Shown one piece after another: positions 1-8,500 of a DNA stretch of 13,346 nt. Positions within the stretch are counted from its first letter, which is position 1, and each line of letters begins with the position of its first letter. The stretch is from positions 1 through 13,346 of the forward strand of contig JBCCQY010000208.1 of assembly GCA_039208735.1 (NCBI GenBank), in the 5' to 3' direction. This DNA comes from Myxococcota bacterium. GTDB lineage: Bacteria; Myxococcota_A; UBA796; GCA-2862545. The position numbers and the translations under genes are program-made. The notes beneath the pieces are model-generated. The model was not told the origin of the DNA. It worked only from the letters and a program-made list of their open reading frames with translations, and did no database searches.

Positions 1-13
1 CTGAATTGGCCAT
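1..13 (-). CDS. Start of the next gene downstream of the sheath (partial, runs off the window); by synteny probably a tail tube protein
   Basis: The minus strand reads TAG(sheath stop)-GGAGG-TTCCC-ATG GCC AAT TCA G, i.e. a good Shine-Dalgarno and an ATG at 13. Only 4 codons are visible. The tube identity is inferred purely from the usual sheath-then-tube order in contractile systems. Confidence 0.4.
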
Positions 14-23
14 GGGAACCTCC

Positions 24-1616
24 CTACTGGGCAGCCGCGAGTTGCTGGATCTGGCGGAGTTCAATGACCACGAACTCGGCCGGCTTGACCGGAGCGAAGT
101 ACACGCGTGCGGTCACGATGCCGTTGTCGACAAGGTCCGGGGGGTTGGTTTCGCGGTCGCATTGCACCTGGAACGCTTCGTCCGGGGTTGCCCCTGCGAA
201 GGCACCCTGTTCATACAGCCGGTTCATGAAGGTCCGAATCGTGATGCGAAGGTCGCGCCACAGCACCTCGTTGTTGGGCTGGAAGACGACCCACTGGGTG
301 CCTTCGTACAACGATGCCTCAATAAAGGACGTCAATCGGCGAACCGGTACATATTTGTAGCGGTCGGCAAGCGAGTCCGCGCCGCGCAAGGTTCGTGCTC
401 CCCAGCACACCATGCCTGCACTGTCGAAGCGACGCAGGCAGTTGACCCCGAGCTGGTTGAGAACGCCGTTCTGCTCGTCGGTGAGTTCCACGGCAAGTCG
501 CCACACCCCGACCAATGGCGCGTCGGTTCCCGCGGGCGCTTTCCATACGCCCACCTGGCCATCCGTGCGTGCAGCAAGCCCCGCGATCATGCCGCACGGC
601 CCCATGGGTCGAGGCGACCCATTGCGCAGTGGATCCTGGATCTCGATCCACGGGTAATAGACCGCGGCATGGGCTTTCCGCGGAAGGGCCGTCACGGCTG
701 GACTGCCACCGCCCAACATGAAGTCACGCATCCGCGCGGTCGGATTGGTCTTCGAGCCCGGCGTCGGTGCATCGACGATGAGCATGGCGCGATGTTCCTC
801 GCAAAGCCCAATGGCTTCATCGAGGATCAGGTTGCTGCTGACTCCCGGCAGGCAAAGCAGGTTGAAGTTGGTCCGACCAAACGCGTGCAGTCCCGTGTTC
901 TCGTATTTGGAGCCAAGATACGGCGACGTATCGCTCGGTGAGACGACCTGGTCGGCGAGGGTGCCCCCATTGGTCAGGGTGACGGACCCTGCACTGGGCC
1001 GTCCGGCGACAAGCTGCTGCAGCGTTACCAAGCTGCTTTCCACGTCTTCGGGCCTTAGCGCGCCATTCGCCCCGTCCACGTGCAGGCCCTTGAAGCTCTC
1101 GGTGCGGGGAGGCAGATCGGGCATGTCCGGGCTTTCGGCACGCTCGATCGTAAGGTCGAACGTTCCACTGTTCGCAATCTCGGGGTCGCTGACCGTGACG
1201 GTGATGAAATTTCCTGCGGCCCCTGGGTCTCGCGCGGTCACCTCGAGGACGGCGACGGTGGTGCTCACATTTTCCGGGTCAGGCCCATCGAGTTCCCCCG
1301 ACGCGACCTGAATCGAAGTCGTTTGCGGAGTTGCATTGGGGTCATCCACCTCCCCCCGCATGAGACGAACCACCCACGCCGTCGCACCTCCGTTGCGAAA
1401 AAACATCCACAGCGCATAGCTCGCTTCCGAGTCAGGATGCAGGCCTCCAAAGCGTGTTTGCACCTCCGCCCAGCTGGTGACGAGGACCGGTTCGTCGATC
1501 GGTCCGGCTGCAAACCAGCCGATGAATGCCGCCACCGAGGTGGAGACCCCCGCAATGGCCCTTGGCCCACCAGCAATGTCGTCGATATAAACGCCGGGGT
1601 ACGGTCTGACCGCCAT
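24..1616 (-). CDS. Contractile tail sheath protein (phage tail sheath family, eCIS/Afp-PVC-like), 530 aa
   Basis: N-terminal YPGVYI...I.GVSTSVAAFIG motif; sheath core motifs AAVYYPWI, P.G.IAGL.ARTD...GVWKAPAG, LNQLGVNCLR, WGARTL, YKYVPVRRL, TQWVVFQPN and APVKPAEFVVI. Strong SD AGGAGGA (1621-1627, minus strand) before the ATG at 1616. Confidence 0.95.
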   Translation of the reverse strand: MAVRPYPGVYIDDIAGGPRAIAGVSTSVAAFIGWFAAGPIDEPVLVTSWAEVQTRFGGLHPDSEASYALWMFFRNGGATAWVVRLMRGEVDDPNATPQTTSIQVASGELDGPDPENVSTTVAVLEVTARDPGAAGNFITVTVSDPEIANSGTFDLTIERAESPDMPDLPPRTESFKGLHVDGANGALRPEDVESSLVTLQQLVAGRPSAGSVTLTNGGTLADQVVSPSDTSPYLGSKYENTGLHAFGRTNFNLLCLPGVSSNLILDEAIGLCEEHRAMLIVDAPTPGSKTNPTARMRDFMLGGGSPAVTALPRKAHAAVYYPWIEIQDPLRNGSPRPMGPCGMIAGLAARTDGQVGVWKAPAGTDAPLVGVWRLAVELTDEQNGVLNQLGVNCLRRFDSAGMVCWGARTLRGADSLADRYKYVPVRRLTSFIEASLYEGTQWVVFQPNNEVLWRDLRITIRTFMNRLYEQGAFAGATPDEAFQVQCDRETNPPDLVDNGIVTARVYFAPVKPAEFVVIELRQIQQLAAAQ

Positions 1617-1733
1617 CGGTTCCTCCTGCGCAACCAGGCTTACCGCTGGTGTGAAAGAAACACCAGAGCTTCCCTTCCGCTTGGCGCGCCTCTGTCACTC
1701 ATACGATCGATTCAAGGCAAGCTATGCATTAGA

Positions 1734-1770
1734 GTTGTTTCCAGGCAACTCCTACTTGCATCCAGGCAAC
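1734..1770 (+). promoter_or_regulatory. Tandem palindromic operator-like site A (GTTG-N8-CAAC-N5-CTTGC-N6-GCAAC) in the sheath/caspase divergent intergenic region
   Basis: GAGTTGtttccaggCAACTC (1732-1751) and CTTGCatccagGCAAC (1755-1770). The direct repeat TCCAGGCAACTC lies at 1740-1751 and 1761-1772, a 21-bp period. The same architecture recurs at 9449-9485. Confidence 0.7.
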
Positions 1771-1824
1771 TCGCGGATTCTGGAATTTGAAATAGTTCCG
1801 ACCTCCGACTGTGGTGGTTCGAAC

Positions 1825-3726
1825 ATGATTGGTTGGCTCGTCGCGATTGGGGTTGGGTGTGGGGTTGCAGAGCGCCCGGAACATGCCGAAAACCCTTTGC
1901 CATCGGAAATCGCCACTCGGACCGCGTGCGGGTCCCACGCCGTGGTGCCCTCGTCGGATGGGGTCGAACGTGTTGCGGTATTGGTTGGGGTGGGAGAGTA
2001 CGCTGCGGATGTAATCGATGATCTGCGAGGTCCTCCCAACGACGTCGACCTCATGAAGCGGATGCTGACAGCGCGTTTCGGCGTAGCTGCCTCCAACGTG
2101 TGTGCGCTTAAGAACGAAGGGGCCACCGAGTCGGCATTCCGCGAGGCGATGGGCTGGATGACGCAAGTCGCCAATGCAGACACCGTGGCCATCATCTACT
2201 TCTCAGGCCATGGGTCGCAGGCAGCGGATCGCGGAGGGGATGAACCTGACGGTTGGGATGAGACGTTGCTGTTCCATGACGCTCGCTACGGGGACCCGTC
2301 CTCGGGCGAACTCGTCGATGATGCTCTGAATGCCATGCTCCACGAGCTGCAGGCGAAGACAGAGAACGTGACCGTCATCGTCGATGCCTGCAATTCCGGA
2401 AGCGCCACGCGCTCGATCGAGGATGTTCGGATTCGGGCGATGCCCAGGACCAAGCTCATCACCTCCGCAAACCCCAAGGGCGATGGCGCATCGAGGCCCG
2501 ACCGTTGGGTGACGATTGCGGCAGCCTTGGATGGGACATCCGCTTGGGAAGAAGGCGGTCAGGGGTTGCTCACGGGTGCATTGGTTGAACTGCTCATGGC
2601 ACCGGCCAGTCGGACCTGGCAGGAGGTGGCACTGCAGCTGCCCGCCCGAGTACAGGCCCGTCGCGACCAAATTCCGGTATTCACCGGCCCGCTAAACCGT
2701 TTGACGTTTGGCGGAGCGCTTGACCGGCCACCGACGTGGGAGGTGACCGCACTTGCCGCGGTGTGGAGCCTCTCGGGGGTCGCCACCCCAGGATGGGTCT
2801 CTGGGGCCCATGGTCGCGTCTATCCAAGCACCGCCATCGCCTCCGAATTGAACGATCCGACGAAGGCGCGCGGGCGAGTCGAGTTGATCGACGTACACGG
2901 GCTGGGAGCCACCGCACGGCCGCTAGGGACGTTCCCGAGCGAGCCAGCCATCGGGGATTTGGTGGTCCTAGAACCCCGCGCCGCCTCAACGGTACGGTTT
3001 CCAGTGCTCTTGCGGGAGTCCGCCATGGCGGACCACAGGGCGACCGAGCTTCGGACCCGTATCGATGCGGAGCCGTCGATCGCGGTAGACCCACGTGCTG
3101 AGTTCGAAATCGACACAGTGGACGGCAGTTTTCAAGTGTGGGGACCCGAGGGAGCCCTTCGCAAGGTGGTTGAAGACCTGGACGGTCTCCTGACCACCTT
3201 GGTGGGGTTCGCCCGTCAACGCGCACTCCTCGGCCTGCGGCCCCCGCCGACAAAGGGGCTACGCCACGGCGAGACCATCGAGGTTCGGGTGGTCCCCTCC
3301 AACGAACCGAGTACCTGCGGCCGCACGCACTCCTGGCAGACAGCCCCGCTCGGCGCCCATCAGGTTCTGCCCGTATGCCATGCGTTTGAGCTTTCGGTTC
3401 GGCTCTCGGAGGAAGCTCCCGGGGCCATGTCGGTCTTCGTCATATTGCTCTCGTCAGACGGATCGATTCACGCGCTCTCACAACACGGCGAGATCTTGCA
3501 CCCTGGCGACCATGCACGATGGCCCCGCGGCTCACGGAGCCACATCGTGGCGGGCCCTCCGATTGGAGTCCACGACCATGCACTGGTGTTTGCCGTACCC
3601 GTGGGGGCCCCAAAGCCGTGGGAACAGCTTGCCAAGCTCGATCCCAACGTCATGGGTCGAAGCATGCCGCAGCTCGCACCTTGGACGGTCAGTCACGCGT
3701 CGATCGAGGTTCGTGCCAACCCTTGA
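1825..3726 (+). CDS. Caspase-family (peptidase C14, metacaspase/orthocaspase-like) protein, putative lipoprotein, about 633 aa, with a C-terminal beta-rich domain (possibly DUF4384-like)
   Basis: VAVLVGVGEY...DLRGPPNDV start of the C14 fold; catalytic His in IYFSGHGSQ (codon 2209-2211) followed by the metacaspase-type DEPDGWDETL motif; catalytic Cys in VIVDACNSG (2389-2391); Q.PVF motif closing the domain. The start is moved from the ORF-track GTG at 1651 to ATG 1825 because of the GGTGG SD, the hydrophobic leader MIGWLVAIGVGC with a lipobox-like Cys, and the regulatory-looking sequence at 1651-1824. The C-terminal domain call is tentative. Confidence 0.9.
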   Translation: MIGWLVAIGVGCGVAERPEHAENPLPSEIATRTACGSHAVVPSSDGVERVAVLVGVGEYAADVIDDLRGPPNDVDLMKRMLTARFGVAASNVCALKNEGATESAFREAMGWMTQVANADTVAIIYFSGHGSQAADRGGDEPDGWDETLLFHDARYGDPSSGELVDDALNAMLHELQAKTENVTVIVDACNSGSATRSIEDVRIRAMPRTKLITSANPKGDGASRPDRWVTIAAALDGTSAWEEGGQGLLTGALVELLMAPASRTWQEVALQLPARVQARRDQIPVFTGPLNRLTFGGALDRPPTWEVTALAAVWSLSGVATPGWVSGAHGRVYPSTAIASELNDPTKARGRVELIDVHGLGATARPLGTFPSEPAIGDLVVLEPRAASTVRFPVLLRESAMADHRATELRTRIDAEPSIAVDPRAEFEIDTVDGSFQVWGPEGALRKVVEDLDGLLTTLVGFARQRALLGLRPPPTKGLRHGETIEVRVVPSNEPSTCGRTHSWQTAPLGAHQVLPVCHAFELSVRLSEEAPGAMSVFVILLSSDGSIHALSQHGEILHPGDHARWPRGSRSHIVAGPPIGVHDHALVFAVPVGAPKPWEQLAKLDPNVMGRSMPQLAPWTVSHASIEVRANP

Positions 3727-3750
3727 CGTAATCTGAAAGGAAGGTCCCTC

Positions 3751-5547
3751 ATGATGATGTGGCTAGTGCTTTGTGCGGCAGGCGCCGCAGACCTGTACGT
3801 CAAGTGTGTCGAAGGCTGCCTGCCATCGGGCGATGACAAAACGCCGAATGTAATGCTGCTTCCTGATGAACCCACCGACGTCACGCTGGAGTGGAGCACT
3901 TCGGAACTCCCGACTGCCGGTGACGAGACCATCGTTCTACGGGCTGGCAACTCGAATCAAAGCATCCCTGATCTGGGACCGTTAACCTTTGAAGACGTCG
4001 ATGGCCGTTGGGTGGCAAAGCACACCTTTCCTGCCTCATCGCTCGGACAAGGAACGTTCCTGGCGGTGGTCATCGGAACCCGGAAGTCGAAGCAACGCCT
4101 GTTGGATTGGCGGTCCTATCGGCTGTTGCGTGAAGGAGAACGCCTCCGGGAAATCGAGGGGGTGCGGCCGGCTACGCAGTACGACATCACCCTGGCTCCA
4201 GCCGTGCTGCGAGCGCAAACCGCGCGCCGTGGCCCCTTGCCGCGTGGTGGAGGCGATCGTGCGGCGTGGTGGTCTTTGGTGGACGAAGACACAACCGCGA
4301 ACCTTGACCTCGACGGAGACTCGACGGGCCTGCCCGGCTTGAACATCACGGTGGACGATGTATGGGAGGCCGGCGTTGACGGCAATTGGATGACCGCCAT
4401 TCGGGACAAGCTCTCCGGGGGTCGCGGACGCCGCGTACGCTTTGAAGACCTCGAGTTTGTTGAGCATTTGCCCGAACTCTACCACCGCAAAGCGAACGAC
4501 GGTAGCGAGCTGGAGGTTCGGTACTACTATGGCGCCGTCACCCTCTCCACGAGTGCCGATGTGGGGCGATTCGAAACGTCGGAGACCCTCTCAAAGCGTC
4601 GTGGCGAGGGCCCGCAGTACAGCCACGAAACGTCGGCCACGCTTCGGGAGCCGTTTGACCCTCGCCTATGGGCCTCCTACGACATCCGAGAGTTCGGTGC
4701 AGACCTCGATCTGCTGGAACTGCTTGGCAAAACGGTCAAAAAGGGGCAGTCGGTCCCCGGGCTGCCCCCTCTCGCAACCGTCGATGGCGATGGGGGAGAT
4801 GCGACTTATCACGTTGGATTCGTGGTCACAGCCAAACTTGAGCCGGCCGCCGATGATGCGACACAATCGGTGCGTCCAACCGTCCTCGCCGTCGACGTGG
4901 TGGCCCGGCGAGCCGGCATTGGGGGAGTGCGTACTGACGGCAGTGCTTCCGACTCCGATGGCGCCCTGGCACGCTGGCTCAAACCCGACACTGGGCTGGA
5001 TCTCGACGATCCGCCACCCGGTTGGCGAGCGTACACGGCCCTGGCTCAGCCGGCCACGACGACGTCCACGCTGCGGATCTTGGGTAAGCCCGACCTAGCC
5101 CAGCGAGGCGCGATGGCCGAGGTGTGGGACGCGGCCCTCGGCGCGCCGCGCAGCTCGCAGCCCCCGGTCCGTGCTCCCGTCGATTGGGGGCGCACCGAGC
5201 GGGTGCGTTTCGCATTGTCAGCCAAGCTACGCGCTGGCGCGCTCGTCCGGCAGAAGGTGTTCCAGGGCGACGTTAATCTGATTCCCATCAACGCCTTCAC
5301 GCAATACGTTCTGCGATTTGCAGTTGTAGTGCCCACCGGAGCACAACTGGCCTCCAAGCCCGATCGCGGCATTTCAGCTCGTCAAGACCAGGACATCCAC
5401 GCCAACGTGCCCAAAGCTAACCGTTGGCGGCTCTTCAACGGATGGGGAGGTGCGGTTGTGATCCTGCTCTGCGGCGTCGTTGCGGTTGCGCTACTGGTGC
5501 TGCTTCCAGGAGTGCGTAGCTTCATCAATCGCAGTTTCCGTCTCTAA
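3751..5547 (+). CDS. Hypothetical exported protein with a C-terminal transmembrane anchor, 598 aa
   Basis: Long ORF 24 bp after the caspase stop, preceded by an AAGGAAGG SD. Short hydrophobic N-terminus (MMMWLVLCAAGA-AD). C-terminal hydrophobic stretch AVVILLCGVVAVALLVLL followed by a basic tail (RSFINRSFRL). No family recognised. Confidence 0.8.
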   Translation: MMMWLVLCAAGAADLYVKCVEGCLPSGDDKTPNVMLLPDEPTDVTLEWSTSELPTAGDETIVLRAGNSNQSIPDLGPLTFEDVDGRWVAKHTFPASSLGQGTFLAVVIGTRKSKQRLLDWRSYRLLREGERLREIEGVRPATQYDITLAPAVLRAQTARRGPLPRGGGDRAAWWSLVDEDTTANLDLDGDSTGLPGLNITVDDVWEAGVDGNWMTAIRDKLSGGRGRRVRFEDLEFVEHLPELYHRKANDGSELEVRYYYGAVTLSTSADVGRFETSETLSKRRGEGPQYSHETSATLREPFDPRLWASYDIREFGADLDLLELLGKTVKKGQSVPGLPPLATVDGDGGDATYHVGFVVTAKLEPAADDATQSVRPTVLAVDVVARRAGIGGVRTDGSASDSDGALARWLKPDTGLDLDDPPPGWRAYTALAQPATTTSTLRILGKPDLAQRGAMAEVWDAALGAPRSSQPPVRAPVDWGRTERVRFALSAKLRAGALVRQKVFQGDVNLIPINAFTQYVLRFAVVVPTGAQLASKPDRGISARQDQDIHANVPKANRWRLFNGWGGAVVILLCGVVAVALLVLLPGVRSFINRSFRL

Positions 5548-8500
5548 GGAGCAACCTTTAAGAGGGCCTGCCGAGCAATGTCGCGAACCAGTTCCTCCGC
5601 ACCTAACGCGTCCGCCCGCAGGGGATACTCAACACTTTCCTTTTCACCAAGGTAGGTCACGAAGCCCTGGAACGTGAGCCCCTCCGCTTTGGCGTACGTT
5701 CCGGAAATCGTCCAGGTATCCGAGATCGGGTCGACATCCCACAGAACGAAGGGAGCATGCGGTCGACTGGCTTGGTCCCGAAGGTAGCGGTTGAGGGTTT
5801 GACTCAACCGAAGCGTATCCAGTCGGCCCCCTTCGGCCTGCAGGGTAGCGTGGGCCATGACAGGACGAAGGTTCTGAATTGGCACACTCGCCCGATCGGA
5901 GGCCTCGAGAACCCCCACGATAAAATCACCGCTGCTTCCACGACGGACGACCGGTCTCTGAACGCCTCCAAGGTCCTTGGCGTATTCAGGGACCTTGTCC
6001 TCTGCGTAGCCGAACCAACGGGCGACCTGAAGCGTGGAGCCATCGAGCGCGGGCCCTCGCATGGCTTCGAGCAAGGCATAGGTCAACACCCCCTGTCCAA
6101 AGCGGCTTGCTTCATACGAGACTTGGTCGGCGGCCGCCCCAGCGAGTAGCCAGGCCCCAGTCCGTTCTCGAGCCCGGGCGTGGGCACGGATGACATCGGA
6201 CGAGAGATTTCGAGAAGCGGCAAGGGGAAATTCCACTTTACCTGCAGCACAGGTATCGAGCACCACAACGCGCTTGAGGGCCGGGACCTTCGTAAAGGCG
6301 TCGGCCAGATCGGAGCCTGAAAAGGTGGTACGCGCACGCAAGGTTGGATCCCGCACATCGTTCATGCTGGAAGCCTCGGACAGAAGGTAGAAGTAGTCGT
6401 CAACCCCGCCGCCCGGGTCGGCATAGGCGACACCGTGACCCGCCAAGAAGACCACCACCGTGTCAAAAGGGTCACTGCCGGCCAGCCAGTCGAATGCTTC
6501 GTCAAGGGCCTGACGAGTGGGCGCATCGTCCACTCCGGAGGTGCCTTCGGTCGCGAGCACACGCACATGGGTTCGTTCTGCCGAAAACCCTCGTGCTCCA
6601 GCGAGCCGAAAGGCCTCGGCAAATCGCTGGGCATCGAGCGCAGCAAACCCCAAATCGATTTGATCACCCGCATAGTCGCTGGTTCCTACCGCCAACACCC
6701 AAAGGTCAGGCGGATCGGGCTCTTCGCGCGGAGCGTTCGGCTCGGTGAACACCAAGAGACCTCGTGATCGCACCGTATTGGCGGCATTGCCAGCCCGAAC
6801 CTGGACACGGTTGGAACCCTGGGCCACCCAGGTGGGCAGCGACGCCAGGTCAATCCTGCAATCGCGACCGCTGGCGAGTTCTGGGCATTGCTGGGTCACG
6901 GCATCGCTGATGTCGCTGCCGTTAAGGGTCGCGAAGATCGCGCCGATGCCTCCGCCTTGGTCTTCCAAGCGAAGATCCAGCTGACCGTTGGGTTCCAGGT
7001 GACCACGTTCGACCAGGGCCGGTGCCGTGATGGTCGACAACGTCGGTACGGGCCGCAGCGGCTCGTCACGAAGTCCCAACCGTTTAGCGAGGAGGCCAGG
7101 GTCGTAGAAGAGATCGCGAAGTTGGGACAACGCATAAGGTTCTCCGCCAATCACCCAGACCGCCCCGGCGACTTGCCCATCGTCACTGGCGTCGAAGCGC
7201 CCCTCGGGGTCGACCACGGCCCACCCGCCATCGGAGAAGCTAACGAAAATGGCCTTCCATTCTCCAGTGGCCACTTCGTAAAGGGTGGATGCGCCATCGC
7301 CGGCAGTAGCGACCAGATGAGCCTGACTTGCAAATCCGAGCCCTACCAAGTCGTGACCGGCATCGAACTGGCTGACCAGCGTACCGGAAGGGTGGTCTTG
7401 GACGCGAACGATGCCTTCGTTGGCGCTCCATGAGGCGATGCGGGTCCCGTCGGCCGAGAAGGCGGCGCGTTGCGCGCCGTTGGGTCCGGCGAAGGGAAAA
7501 CGCGGGCCACCCGTGGCCATGTCGAACACGCCGGTGGAGGTCGCAAGACTTTTTCCATCGGGAGAAAACGTAGCGAAGTAACGTCCTTCAAGCGTGTGTA
7601 AGAGGCGACCGTCGCGGGCTCTTCGAACCTCGATCCGGCCGAGTTCGCCGGTCACCAGTCGGGTGCCATCCGAGGAAAAGGACGCCCTCTGTCGGTCCAG
7701 AGCGCCCCCTTCGAATCGGTACCGCACTCGCCAGGGCGCCCACCCGTAGACAACGCTTTGGCCCACCTCACCCCGGGTCGGGTCCTGCCCGCGGCTTGTC
7801 ACCAATACCGATGTTCCGTCAGGTGAGAAGGTTGCACTCGAAAGGGGGTCTTCCAAGGGCTCTTCGGATTGGATGAGTTCACCTGTGGTGACGTTCCACC
7901 GGGCGAGTCGGTTCACCGACGTCGTCACAAGATGCCGCTGGTCGGGCGAGAGGTCTGCAGAGGTAAACCTGGGTCCCGTCCCAAAACGATGAATGCGTTC
8001 GCCCGTCACGGCATCACGCGCGGCCACCGTTCCGTTGGTAAGCCCGCCCGACGTCAACGCCTCTTCGGTGACCAGCAACGCCCCATCGGCGGAGAGCGAT
8101 GCGCTCAAAAGCTCTGTGTGCTTCATCACAAAACGTCGATGCGCAGTTCCGTCACGCCAGTCCCAAATCTGCGCCGCCGAATCGCTGACGGTCAGCATTT
8201 GGGACCCTGTGTGTTGCACCGAGGTGATGGGTTGCACTTTCGACCCAAGCCGATGGAGGGGAGCTCTCGTGTTCGTGTCGAAGACCAGAATGTCGTGCCC
8301 GCTCGACAGCGCCAGCCTTGACCCATCGTAGGACAGGGCACTGGCCCAGAGTTCTGGCACCTCGAAGTGGTGGCGGACGGCCCCCGTTGCAATATCGACC
8401 AGCTGGGCGGTGTGGTCTCGCCTGGAGGCCTCGGCCCCACCCACAACGACCAGCCGCCCGTCGCCAGACACGGAGGTCGCCCGAGGGTGACCGTCAGGAA

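Noticed and set aside
1..13. ATGGCCAATTCAG is one C short of encoding MAQFS, a tube-protein N-terminus I associate with this sheath type, hinting at a frameshift
   Set aside because: Only 13 nt are visible at the window edge, and MANS is an equally plausible start; a pseudogene call cannot be supported.
1733..1772. Possible mini-CRISPR or iteron array
   Set aside because: Only two 12-bp direct repeats with a 9-bp spacer, and no cas or rep genes; better explained as an operator.
6..1790. Plus-strand ORFs 6-941, 718-1311 and 1080-1790
   Set aside because: Antisense shadows of the clearly recognisable sheath gene; long spurious ORFs are expected at this GC content.
1651..1824. N-terminal extension of the caspase from GTG 1651, with the apparent peptide repeat FPGNS/HPGNS
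   Set aside because: The peptide repeat is just the translation of the 21-bp-period operator. ATG 1825 has an SD and a signal-like leader.
3751..5547. Possibility that the orphan is a bacterial gasdermin, given the caspase and WD40 neighbours
   Set aside because: It is about twice the usual size and has a signal-like N-terminus and a C-terminal TM helix, with no recognisable gasdermin features. A structure search would be needed to revisit this.
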